In this document: positions 45,894 to 54,847 of the stretch, in pieces
Layout of the letters: each line of letters begins with the position of its first letter
How positions within the stretch are numbered: the stretch's first letter is position 1
NCBI GenBank assembly: GCA_037143535.1
Contig: JBAWYN010000001.1
Location: 1-55,966 of the forward strand
Direction of reading: 5' to 3'
Length of the DNA: 55,966 nt
Source: Acidimicrobiaceae bacterium
GTDB lineage: Bacteria; Actinomycetota; Acidimicrobiia; Acidimicrobiales; RAAP-2
Program-made: the position numbers and the translations under genes
The notes under the pieces: generated by a model
Told to the model about the DNA's origin: nothing
What the model saw: only the letters and a program-made list of their open reading frames with translations
Database searches by the model: none

Positions 45894-46677
45894 TGAAGCT
45901 TTTCGCTACTGATGACAACGCCCTAACGGCGCCTTCAGGATCAAGAGACGATGCGAAGGTCTCACCAATGAGCACTGCATCAAATCCAGCGCTGCTGGCG
46001 TTCTCAACATCATTCAAATCCTTGAGTCCGGATTCACAAATTGAAATCACTCCTGAAGGGAGCGAACCAGCAACCCTTGCAGCACGTTCAGTGTCGACAG
46101 CAAAGGAATGTAGGTCACGTTGATTGATTCCAATGATCGTGGCTCCAACTTCAATAGCCCTCTGAGCTTCAATTTCGTCGTGAACTTCGACTAGGGCATC
46201 GAGTCCTACTTTAGAAGCAAGATCGAAATAGGTCTTCAATTCAATCTGGGTTAACGCTGCGACAATTAACAACACTGCTGATGCGCCGATTTCAATACAG
46301 TCAAGGACATCGTTGGCTCCGAGAGTGAAGTCTTTTCGAAGGATAGGAACGCCTACAGCGCCACGAACATCACTTAAATCAGCAACGGACCCACTGAAGT
46401 GCTTCTCATCGGTTAAAACTGAAATCGCACTTGCTCCCCCGGCGACATAATTCTTTGCGAGTGAGGCAGGATCAAGGTCTTCGTTGATCCACCCCTTTGA
46501 TGGAGATCGACGTTTGACTTCTGCAATGACCGCAACATTTGGATTGTCTCCTAGTGCGTCACGGAAGGAAGGGCCAGAGTAACGGAGTGACTCGGCGCGC
46601 TCTTTCCAGTTTCGGGCGTCCTTAGACACTCGTTGCCTGTGAAACTCGACAATGTTGTCTAGATATGTCGACGCCAT
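45886..46677 (-). CDS. trpC: Indole-3-glycerol phosphate synthase
   Basis: IAEVKRRSPSKG, ISVLTD, LRKDF, GINQRDL, ESG. Confidence 0.95.
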   Translation of the reverse strand: MASTYLDNIVEFHRQRVSKDARNWKERAESLRYSGPSFRDALGDNPNVAVIAEVKRRSPSKGWINEDLDPASLAKNYVAGGASAISVLTDEKHFSGSVADLSDVRGAVGVPILRKDFTLGANDVLDCIEIGASAVLLIVAALTQIELKTYFDLASKVGLDALVEVHDEIEAQRAIEVGATIIGINQRDLHSFAVDTERAARVAGSLPSGVISICESGLKDLNDVENASSAGFDAVLIGETFASSLDPEGAVRALSSVAKSFNG

Positions 46678-46731
46678 TCATCAATTCTACTTGGAGAACG
46701 TTCAAGCAAGGTCCGCGGATAACCTACCTTC

Positions 46732-47751
46732 ATGGCCGTTTCGTTTTCCCTAGATGTTCTGAACCCCCTCGTGCGCGGCACGAATTTGGAGCGGACTGAG
46801 GCACGTGACGCCCTGGCACAAATACTTGAGGGCAAGATTGAAGCACCTCTGATTGCGAGCTTCCTGACTGCTCTCACCGCCAAGGGTGAAACCGCCGCCG
46901 AAATGACTGGATTCGTTGACGCGATGATTGCTTCGGCCACCACCTTCAGCGTTGATTCAAGCGCCATGGACATTGTTGGAACAGGTGGCGATCAGTTGCA
47001 CACCGTGAACATTTCAACCATGGCTTCTCTCGCGGTCGCAGGAAGTGGCGTCAAGATTGCCAAGCACGGAAACCGTGCAGCATCCTCTTCAGTCGGCTCG
47101 GCTGATGTTCTCGAAGCCCTGGGAGTGCGCCTTGATGCTCCAGCAGAGATTGTTAAAGCATGTGTTGAAGAAGCTGGAATAGGTTTCTGTTTCGCTCCGA
47201 CGTTCCACCACGCACTGGGATACCTGACTCCAATCCGACGAGCCCTTGGATTTCGCACTGTGTTCAATGTTCTTGGGCCACTCGCTAATCCAGCTCTCGT
47301 TTCCAAAGCGCTAATCGGTGTCTCGCAGAATCAGATCATGGAGCAGATGGCTGCGGTTCTTGGTGCACGAGGAATCGAATTTGCTGTGCTCGTTCATTCT
47401 GATGACGGACTAGATGAACTTTCTCTCGGATCCACAGCGACGCTTCACTACGTCACAGGAAGCAACATTGAAACCAAGCGCATTGATGCAGCGAAAGAAC
47501 TCGGCATCTCACACGATGTTGCCACTATCCGAGGCGGAGACGTTGCTACCAATGTTGAAGTTGTTCGTAATTTCCTGAGTGGCTCCGAGGGTCCAGTCTT
47601 TGATGTGGTGTGTGCGAATGCGGGGCTCGCGCTGATTGTTGCCGGAAAAGCATCGACAATTGCAGAAGGATTCGAATTAGCGAAGCAGAGCGTTATGAGT
47701 GGCAAGGCAGCTACTGCATTAGAAAAGCTTGTTGAAATCTCGAATAGCTAA
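46732..47751 (+). CDS. trpD: Anthranilate phosphoribosyltransferase
   Basis: DIVGTGGD, NIST, KHGNRAASS..GSAD, GLDE. Confidence 0.96.
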   Translation: MAVSFSLDVLNPLVRGTNLERTEARDALAQILEGKIEAPLIASFLTALTAKGETAAEMTGFVDAMIASATTFSVDSSAMDIVGTGGDQLHTVNISTMASLAVAGSGVKIAKHGNRAASSSVGSADVLEALGVRLDAPAEIVKACVEEAGIGFCFAPTFHHALGYLTPIRRALGFRTVFNVLGPLANPALVSKALIGVSQNQIMEQMAAVLGARGIEFAVLVHSDDGLDELSLGSTATLHYVTGSNIETKRIDAAKELGISHDVATIRGGDVATNVEVVRNFLSGSEGPVFDVVCANAGLALIVAGKASTIAEGFELAKQSVMSGKAATALEKLVEISNS

Positions 47752-48263
47752 AGCTTTCGAAGATCTTTCTTGTAACGTTTTCCATTTTCAACGTAGAGCG
47801 CAGCTCCCATAATTATGTACTGAGCGTGACTGGCGTTCTCTTTAATTATTGCGGGGACACCAACAGCTAGAGCATTCTCAGGGATTACTGCATCGTTTCT
47901 AACAACGGCACCTGCGGCAACAGTTGCTCCAGTGTTAACAACAGCTCGGTGGAGTACATTCGCACCGTTACCTACTAGAGCTCCGTTGTGAATCGTGCAT
48001 CCCTCTAGGTGAACTATGTGGCCAATGACGCAGTCGTCTCCAACGGTTGTCTGAAGTTCTGCAGTTGCGTGAATGACGCTGCCGTCTTGAATAGATGTGC
48101 GTTCACCAACAATGATTGTTCCGTAGTCACCACGAAGCACTGCTCCCGGCCAGATGGTGGAGTCTTTTCCAATTCGAACGTCACCAATGATCACTGCCTC
48201 TGGGTGCACGTAGGCATCTTCATGAATAGTTGGGACTCGGTCTCCAAGGGCGTAAATCGGCAT
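47748..48263 (-). CDS. Gamma carbonic anhydrase-like hexapeptide-repeat protein
   Basis: MPIYALG..P, LRGD, IQD..VIH, IGH.VHLEGC; start set at ATG 48263 after GGAGG. Confidence 0.9.
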   Translation of the reverse strand: MPIYALGDRVPTIHEDAYVHPEAVIIGDVRIGKDSTIWPGAVLRGDYGTIIVGERTSIQDGSVIHATAELQTTVGDDCVIGHIVHLEGCTIHNGALVGNGANVLHRAVVNTGATVAAGAVVRNDAVIPENALAVGVPAIIKENASHAQYIIMGAALYVENGKRYKKDLRKL

Positions 48264-48271
48264 TGTTCCTC

Positions 48272-48454
48272 CTAGTGGGCTAGCCAAGAAACTAATTGAT
48301 AGATACGCCAAATGACGTAAATAACTGTTGCGAAGATAAAGAAGCGCCACCGCCAGGGAATTGGCTCCTTCGCTACTTCCTCAATACGACTGCCGCAGAT
48401 TTCACAGTAATCACCTTCTACAGGTCGATCACAGTCTTCGCACCACTTCGTCAT
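48272..48454 (-). CDS. Small Zn-ribbon membrane protein (60 aa)
   Basis: WCEDC...CEICG plus C-terminal TM; TAATG coupling with der. Confidence 0.75.
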   Translation of the reverse strand: MTKWCEDCDRPVEGDYCEICGSRIEEVAKEPIPWRWRFFIFATVIYVIWRIYQLVSWLAH

Positions 48455-49749
48455 TATTCAGTACGGACTCGCACACGAATTGGCTGGTTCCCGAGTTCAA
48501 AACGTTCTCTTAGTGAGCGTTCGATGTACCTCATGTAGGTAGCGGGAATCTTTCCTGAAACAAAAAGTGTGAATGTTGGTGGTTCAATTGCGCCCTGAAC
48601 TGCGTAGCGAATCTTGCCCGTTGGAGCTGGTTGCTTAATTTGAATGTCACGGATGGCACGATTGAGTGCTCCAGTTGGAACACGCTTCACGTAGTCAGCC
48701 GCTGCAATAGAAAGGGCAGGGAGAATGCGGTGCACGCCCTTTCCAGAAACTGCTGTGGTCTTCATTACCGGAGCGTCACCAAGGAATGCGAGCTTGATCC
48801 CAACAGTTTCCAGAACTGAATCACGCTCTTCTGTGGGAATTAATTCCCACTTGTTGAGAACAACGAGTGAAGGACATCCAGCAGCAGAAATTCGCTCGGC
48901 CAGACGTTGGTCCTGTCCCGTTGCTCCAACGGTTGCATCTATTACGAGGATCGCTATGTCGGCACGGTCTAGGGCATCGAGACTTCGAAGGACTGCATAC
49001 GTCTCGAGTCCGGCTTCAGTCTTCGCGCGTCGGCGCATACCAGCAGTATCGATGAATCGAATTAGTCCAACATCGGTTTGCACAACAGTGTCAATGGCGT
49101 CTCGAGTAGTGCCTGGCATGTCGTGAACGACTGAACGCTCTTCACCAATGAGCTGGTTAAACAGTGTTGACTTACCAACGTTCGGGCGTCCGACAATCGC
49201 AACTCGTAGTGCACCGTCATCATCAGCTTCTGAGGCTTCTTCAACTGCAATTTGTTGTCCAAGTTCAGCAACGATGAAGTCCAAAAGGTCTCCGGTTCCA
49301 CGTCCGTGCTGCGCACTAACAGTGTGTGGCTCCCCTGCGCCTAGGCGCATGAAGTCCCACGAAGCCGCTTCGTGAATTTCATCATCAACTTTGTTAACAA
49401 CCAGCGCAACTTGCTTTCCACTCTTCAGTGCCCACCTCGCAGCGTGTCCGTCTTCATCAACCAGCCCGGTTGTCACGTCTACAACGAGAAGAACGAGATC
49501 AGCCTCGCTGAGCGCCGCTTCAGCTTGCTTAGATACCTTGGATTCGAGTGAGTCGCCGACTTCGAGCCAGCCACCGGTATCAACAACGTCGAAGGTGACG
49601 CCATTCCAGTCGACTTCTACTGCTTTTCGGTCACGAGTAACGCCGCGATGTTCTTCAACTACGGCCACACGCTTTCCTGCGAGTCGGTTCACGAGAGAGG
49701 ACTTACCAACGTTTGGTCGCCCAACGATTACTACCTGGGGCTTTTTCAT
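48454..49749 (-). CDS. der: Ribosome biogenesis GTPase Der (EngA)
   Basis: Two GRPNVGKS P-loops, DTGG/DTAG, NKVD/NKWE, KH-like C-terminus. Confidence 0.97.
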   Translation of the reverse strand: MKKPQVVIVGRPNVGKSSLVNRLAGKRVAVVEEHRGVTRDRKAVEVDWNGVTFDVVDTGGWLEVGDSLESKVSKQAEAALSEADLVLLVVDVTTGLVDEDGHAARWALKSGKQVALVVNKVDDEIHEAASWDFMRLGAGEPHTVSAQHGRGTGDLLDFIVAELGQQIAVEEASEADDDGALRVAIVGRPNVGKSTLFNQLIGEERSVVHDMPGTTRDAIDTVVQTDVGLIRFIDTAGMRRRAKTEAGLETYAVLRSLDALDRADIAILVIDATVGATGQDQRLAERISAAGCPSLVVLNKWELIPTEERDSVLETVGIKLAFLGDAPVMKTTAVSGKGVHRILPALSIAAADYVKRVPTGALNRAIRDIQIKQPAPTGKIRYAVQGAIEPPTFTLFVSGKIPATYMRYIERSLRERFELGNQPIRVRVRTE

Positions 49750-51122
49750 GACGAGACCATTCCTTTGGAGCGCACCAGCTCAAGTGTCTTTCGCAGATCT
49801 TGACCCGTTGTGCGAACGGTGATCACTGGATGCGGAAGGTCTTCCAGTGTAAGGCCATCTAGGAACCTGCCCTCCGAAAGACAAACATCAGGCAATAAAC
49901 ACACGGTTGTCTCAGGCACATCGGCGAGTGCCTTGATGAGATCTTGACCTGTCAGTAGGCCAGCGACTTTGATGTTTCCACCGAAATAGGCGTTTTCCAC
50001 TGCCATTATTTCCACATCAGCGAATCCATTTTCGTCACAAAGGATGCGGAGAATTGGCTTGGCATATTCGCCCGTAATGATGAGCACATTGTCACCGCTG
50101 TACATTTGGTCGCTTCCACCACGCGGAGCTCGGTATCCAAGTGCTGGAGCACCATCAACTGACTGGAAGAAACCAGTTCCAAGCTTCTCCATTTCCGAAT
50201 TTTCATTAAAGCTGTCACAAAACGCCGCTACTAATCCGATTCCATTTTCTGCTTGGTCCAAACTTTCAAACTTTGTCGCTGATGGAGGTGTCAGTCCGGC
50301 GACGAGGTAGAACTCATCGCTAGCAAACACGGAAACTCTTCCGAGTACTTCATTGGTGAGCTGTTGGAATTTGTCCGCGAGCTTTACAACCTCACGAGCC
50401 TCGGCTTCAGTGTGAGAACGCATGGTCTCTTCCATTGAAAACGCCGAGACGCCGACTGGAACGAGTGCTACAGATTGCAGCTCAGGATAGAGAGAAATCA
50501 CGTCGTGCAATGTTCGCTCCAATTCACCCGCATCATTGACGCCGGGACACACGACTACCTGTGCGTGAACTTCGATTCCAGCGCGAAGAATCTCTCGTAA
50601 CCATCTAAGGCTTGTCGCACCGCGAGGATTACGAAGCATCTCAGCTCGAAGTTCAGGATTAGTTGAATGGATCGAAACGTAGAGAGGTGAAAGTCCTTCT
50701 TCGATTACTCGTTCTAAATCAAATTCAGTGAATCTGGTTAGCGTTGTGTAATTGCCGTAGAGGAAGGAAAGTCGGAAATCATCGTCCTTTACATAGAGCG
50801 ATTTACGCATTCCCTTAGGCAATTGATAGATGAAACAGAACGAACAGTGATTGTCACAGGTGCGAATTCGATCGAAGACAGCAGAGTCGATGGAAAGTCC
50901 AAGAGGCTGCCCTTCGTCTTTTGTGACGGTTACCTTGCGCTGGAGTGGCTCGCCTTCGCGCTGAACAACCAGTGTGACTGACTTGCCGTCAATGAGTTGC
51001 TGGTATTCAATGATGTCGCTCGGTTCGCGCCCATTGATGCTGATGAGCTCGTCGCCGACCATAAGTCCAGCTCCCGCAATAGGGGAACCATCAGAAATAG
51101 AGGAAATACGCGCGCCCGACAC
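49746..51122 (-). CDS. PDZ + radical SAM-like DUF512 protein
   Basis: N-terminal PDZ-like region, CDNHCSFCF, LYVKDDDFRLSFLYGN, SDEFY, ENGIG, VAGLLTGQD. Confidence 0.9.
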   Translation of the reverse strand: MSGARISSISDGSPIAGAGLMVGDELISINGREPSDIIEYQQLIDGKSVTLVVQREGEPLQRKVTVTKDEGQPLGLSIDSAVFDRIRTCDNHCSFCFIYQLPKGMRKSLYVKDDDFRLSFLYGNYTTLTRFTEFDLERVIEEGLSPLYVSIHSTNPELRAEMLRNPRGATSLRWLREILRAGIEVHAQVVVCPGVNDAGELERTLHDVISLYPELQSVALVPVGVSAFSMEETMRSHTEAEAREVVKLADKFQQLTNEVLGRVSVFASDEFYLVAGLTPPSATKFESLDQAENGIGLVAAFCDSFNENSEMEKLGTGFFQSVDGAPALGYRAPRGGSDQMYSGDNVLIITGEYAKPILRILCDENGFADVEIMAVENAYFGGNIKVAGLLTGQDLIKALADVPETTVCLLPDVCLSEGRFLDGLTLEDLPHPVITVRTTGQDLRKTLELVRSKGMVSS

Positions 51123-51171
51123 CCTCCTAGCCTAGGCAATAATTCAACTTTCAAGTAACTAGGCTGTTTTC

Positions 51172-52209
51172 GTGACTGTAGAGAAGGTTGTACTTGCTGC
51201 TCCGCGTGGGTTCTGCGCTGGAGTTGAGAAAGCCATCAAGGCCCTTGACTGGATGACTCGTGTCTTTGAAGCACCGGTCTACTGCTACCACGAAATAGTG
51301 CACAACCAATTTGTTGTCGATCACTTCAAGTCCCTAGGTGTTGTTTTTATTGACGACGTGGCTGATGTTCCTCCCGGATCACCGGTGATGTTAAGCGCTC
51401 ACGGCTCTCCTCCTGAAGTCGTAGAGATGGCGAAGCTTTCGGGTGGCACCGTTATAGATGCTGTGTGTCCTCTCGTTACCAAAGTGCATCACGAGCTCAA
51501 AGTTCGAGCACGAAAGGGTTACACCGTTCTGTACGTTGGCCATGAAGGGCACGAAGAAGCCGTTGGAACTATGGCCGTTGCTCCTGAATCAGTTCACCTC
51601 ATTCAATCAACCAGTGATATTGACAAATTGAAAGACACTGAGGGACCATACGCACTCCTCAGTCAGACAACACTCAGCATGAACGAATGGCAAGACCTTC
51701 GAGAACACGCAGAGTCTGTCTTTCCAGAAATCTGGATGCCGAATCGAAGTGACCTTTGCTTCGCCACTACAAATCGACAAGCCGCTCTCACTGCCATTGC
51801 TGCAACAGCTGATGCGGTCGTTGTCATTGGTTCTGCGAATTCTTCAAATACGGTTGCACTAGCAAAGGTTGCAGAGGCGGCAGGTTGTAAACGTGTGCTT
51901 CGAATTAATGGAGCATTTGAATTGCCCGACGATCTAAGTGGAACCGTCGCCGTGACAGCTGGCGCATCGGCGCCAGAGTCTCTGGTTAACGAGGTGCTGG
52001 AATTCTTGAATCCTGTGAATGGAGTAGAAATCAGTTCCGTCACCGTTGAAGATGAATACTTCCCACCACCTCCAGAACTACGCGAGATGCTGAAAACCCT
52101 CTCTGCAGTACTCGATTTGGCCTTAAATACCGGCACAGTCTCAACATTCGACGGTCAAGCCGACCGAGAATTCACCGCAGCAGAAGTTCTCTCTTCAGTC
52201 TCAAGATAA
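51172..52209 (+). CDS. ispH: 4-hydroxy-3-methylbut-2-enyl diphosphate reductase
   Basis: PRGFCAGV, SAHG, DAVCPLVTKVH, GHEE, LCFATTNRQ, SSN, TAGASAPE. Confidence 0.96.
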   Translation: MTVEKVVLAAPRGFCAGVEKAIKALDWMTRVFEAPVYCYHEIVHNQFVVDHFKSLGVVFIDDVADVPPGSPVMLSAHGSPPEVVEMAKLSGGTVIDAVCPLVTKVHHELKVRARKGYTVLYVGHEGHEEAVGTMAVAPESVHLIQSTSDIDKLKDTEGPYALLSQTTLSMNEWQDLREHAESVFPEIWMPNRSDLCFATTNRQAALTAIAATADAVVVIGSANSSNTVALAKVAEAAGCKRVLRINGAFELPDDLSGTVAVTAGASAPESLVNEVLEFLNPVNGVEISSVTVEDEYFPPPPELREMLKTLSAVLDLALNTGTVSTFDGQADREFTAAEVLSSVSR

Positions 52210-52235
52210 GTCCCCTACAGGGCTATTATTTCAAC

Positions 52236-52781
52236 ATGAATTCATTTCCAAGCATGGATGTATCTACTCGTGAACAGTGGATGACAATTGCCGAAAAGAC
52301 AATCGCCGCTCAACCTCGTGTTGCTGAACAGCTACTTTCAATGATTAAGGGACTCAGTGCAATCACTGACGGCTTCTCTGTCGACCAGATGGAACACGCT
52401 GTCCAGACGGCTACTCGTGCCGAGAGAGAAGGGGCCGACGAAGAAGTCATCGTTGCTTCGCTACTACATGACGTCGGAAAGCTCATTTCAGTCCCAAATC
52501 ACCCGATGATTGCTGCTGAAATTCTTCGCCCCTACGTTCGTGAAAATGTCTATCGCATGGTGGCTCACCACCAAGACTTCCAGGGTCGTCACTACTACGA
52601 ACACCTTGGAATGAATCCAAACCTACGTGAGAATCACGTCGGACAACCTTGGTACGAACTGGCAGAGAAGTTTGCCGATCGTTGGGACCAAAAAGCTTTC
52701 GATCCAGGTTACGATTCATTACCTCTTGAACACTTTGAACCAATGGTTCGACGTGTATTCGCTAAAGCAAAATCAATTTAA
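52236..52781 (+). CDS. HD-domain metalloprotein (PhnZ/TmpB-like)
   Basis: EHAVQTA.RA...G, LLHDVGK, NH, HH, WDQKAFDP. Confidence 0.82.
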   Translation: MNSFPSMDVSTREQWMTIAEKTIAAQPRVAEQLLSMIKGLSAITDGFSVDQMEHAVQTATRAEREGADEEVIVASLLHDVGKLISVPNHPMIAAEILRPYVRENVYRMVAHHQDFQGRHYYEHLGMNPNLRENHVGQPWYELAEKFADRWDQKAFDPGYDSLPLEHFEPMVRRVFAKAKSI

Positions 52782-52788
52782 GGAATTC

Positions 52789-53589
52789 ATGGCCAGCGCC
52801 GATCTAGAAAAACGCCGACTCACACGACTACGTTCGTACGCAATCGACCAAGCACTGCAACAGCTCGAAAAAGAAAAACCTGGATTCAAGCCTGAAGCCA
52901 TTGTCGCTTCTATTTGTGCCTACGAAGAAGAAGGCAACATAGGTGGTGTGCTTGAAAAGATGCCAGAAACCATCAACGGAGAGCGTTATACGACGTTGGT
53001 AGTAGTGGACGGTGGCGATGACCGCACGGCTGAGATCGCTAGGTCATTCCCAGGTGTAGCGGTAATTGAATTTCCTGTAAACCTTGGACACGGTGTAGCC
53101 CTACAAGTTACCTACCGCTACTGCATCAATAATGGCGTTAAGTACATTGCAACGCTGGACGCAGATGGTCAAAACGACCCAGCCGAAATTCCTCAAGTTC
53201 TCGCTCCCCTTATTGCGGATCAGTCGGACTTTGTTGTTGCCAGCCGCCGACTAGGTGTTGACGAAACCTCAGACCGATTCCGTAAAGTGGGGGTCTTTTT
53301 CTTTTCGTTCATTATGAATCGAATGTGCGGATCAAAACTCACCGACACTTCAACTGGCTACCGCGGACTTCGTGTCAGCATGCTCGCCGATGTTGTCGAC
53401 CGCCTCACCCAAGAGCAGTACCAGACAGCTGAACTTCTGATTACTTGCATGAAGCGTGGATGGCGGGCTTCTGAAGTTCCAACCGTGTGGCACCCACGCT
53501 TCTCTGGAACTACCAAAAAGGGTAAGAACTGGCTGTTTGGTTTCCGTTACACCAAGGTTGTTTTTGGCACCTGGTGGAGAGAGCGCTAA
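52789..53589 (+). CDS. GT2 glycosyltransferase (DPM1/Ppm1-like)
   Basis: AYEEE, VVDGGDDRT, DADGQND, TDTSTGYR; start set at ATG 52789 after AAGGA. Confidence 0.9.
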   Translation: MASADLEKRRLTRLRSYAIDQALQQLEKEKPGFKPEAIVASICAYEEEGNIGGVLEKMPETINGERYTTLVVVDGGDDRTAEIARSFPGVAVIEFPVNLGHGVALQVTYRYCINNGVKYIATLDADGQNDPAEIPQVLAPLIADQSDFVVASRRLGVDETSDRFRKVGVFFFSFIMNRMCGSKLTDTSTGYRGLRVSMLADVVDRLTQEQYQTAELLITCMKRGWRASEVPTVWHPRFSGTTKKGKNWLFGFRYTKVVFGTWWRER

Positions 53590-54245
53590 GCCCTGAGGCT
53601 TTGATCGTAGACATCCTGTAGAGCCTTTTGCAGCTCTTCGGTCTTGGCGCTAATTGCAGACCTTGAAACACGGCCCTCGGCCGTAGGCGGCGCTATTGGC
53701 TTGCCTATAACGATCTTGATTCGAACGGGACGAGGGAATTTGGCGCCTGGCTTCATTGACTTGTCACTGCCACCAATTCCTACGGGAACGACTACTGAAT
53801 TAGTTCGTGAAGCAATGAACATGGCACCGTCTCGAAGCTGCTCAATGACTGGCCCCTGTTTTCTGGTTCCTTCCGGAAAGAGGATTAAAGCTTGACCTTG
53901 TTGAAGGATGTACTCAGAAGCTGCCATTGAATCTCGATCAGCACTGTCGCGAGTGACTGGAAATGCGCCGAGGTGGAGAAGAAACTTTCCAATTGGCTTT
54001 ATTTTATAAAGACTGTCTTTAGCCATAAAGAATATCTTTCGTCTCGACATAAACACGCTGAAAGCGAAGTCCACATTTGAGCGATGTACTGGAGCAATAA
54101 GAACCGCACCAGTTTTGGGAATGTTTTCTCTACCGATCACAATTGGACGGAACAACAAAGTTCCCAGAATTCGAATCGTCCTCACAACAAATCTGTACGC
54201 CAGAGGTCTGTGGGTGTTGAGTTTTATTGTTTCAGCTTTAGACAT
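53586..54245 (-). CDS. plsC: Lysophospholipid acyltransferase (PlsC family)
   Basis: HRSNVD (HX4D), FMAK, FPEGTR. Confidence 0.9.
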   Translation of the reverse strand: MSKAETIKLNTHRPLAYRFVVRTIRILGTLLFRPIVIGRENIPKTGAVLIAPVHRSNVDFAFSVFMSRRKIFFMAKDSLYKIKPIGKFLLHLGAFPVTRDSADRDSMAASEYILQQGQALILFPEGTRKQGPVIEQLRDGAMFIASRTNSVVVPVGIGGSDKSMKPGAKFPRPVRIKIVIGKPIAPPTAEGRVSRSAISAKTEELQKALQDVYDQSLRA

Positions 54246-54847
54246 CTAATGATTTCTCCAACTACACCTTCGACGTCACGTCCAGTGGTATCTATAACTA
54301 TTGCATCATCGGCTTGTCGAAGCGGTGAGGCCTCTCTGGTGGAATCAGCCTCGTCTCGACGAGCAACCGAATCAGCACTTTCGTCACCCCTGCGACGTGA
54401 ACGCTCTTCGAGCGATGCCGTGAGAAAGACTTTGAGCGTGGCATTGGGAAACACCACTGTTGTGATGTCACGGCCTTCTACAACTGTGCCAATCGGCTGT
54501 TCCTCAGACCACTGTTGCTGTCGTGTAACCATTGCCGAACGCACGAACGAATTCGCTGCAACTTTAGATACTCCAGCGTTGATGTGGTCTTGTCGAATTT
54601 CGTCTTCAACATCTCTTCCGTTTATGGTGACTCTGGGCAATGTTGTAATAACAGCTTCTCGAGCGAGAGCGCCCATCGCGTCTTGATCATTGATGTCAAT
54701 CCCGCGCGATAGCGCCTCACAGGTAAGCGCTCGATACATTGCTCCAGTATCCAGAAACGACCAACCGAGACCCTCGGCGACCGCTTTGGCGACCGTCGAC
54801 TTTCCAGAGCCCGCAGGTCCGTCAATAGCAATGATCAAATTGCTCAT
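54224..54847 (-). CDS. cmk: Cytidylate kinase
   Basis: IDGPAGSGKST, DTGAMYR, EGRDI. Confidence 0.96.
   Translation of the reverse strand: MSNLIIAIDGPAGSGKSTVAKAVAEGLGWSFLDTGAMYRALTCEALSRGIDINDQDAMGALAREAVITTLPRVTINGRDVEDEIRQDHINAGVSKVAANSFVRSAMVTRQQQWSEEQPIGTVVEGRDITTVVFPNATLKVFLTASLEERSRRRGDESADSVARRDEADSTREASPLRQADDAIVIDTTGRDVEGVVGEIIRCLKLKQ

Noticed and set aside
52627-52788. N-terminal extension of the GT2 ORF in the track
   Set aside because: It overlaps the HD gene; the SD-preceded ATG at 52789 is the more plausible start
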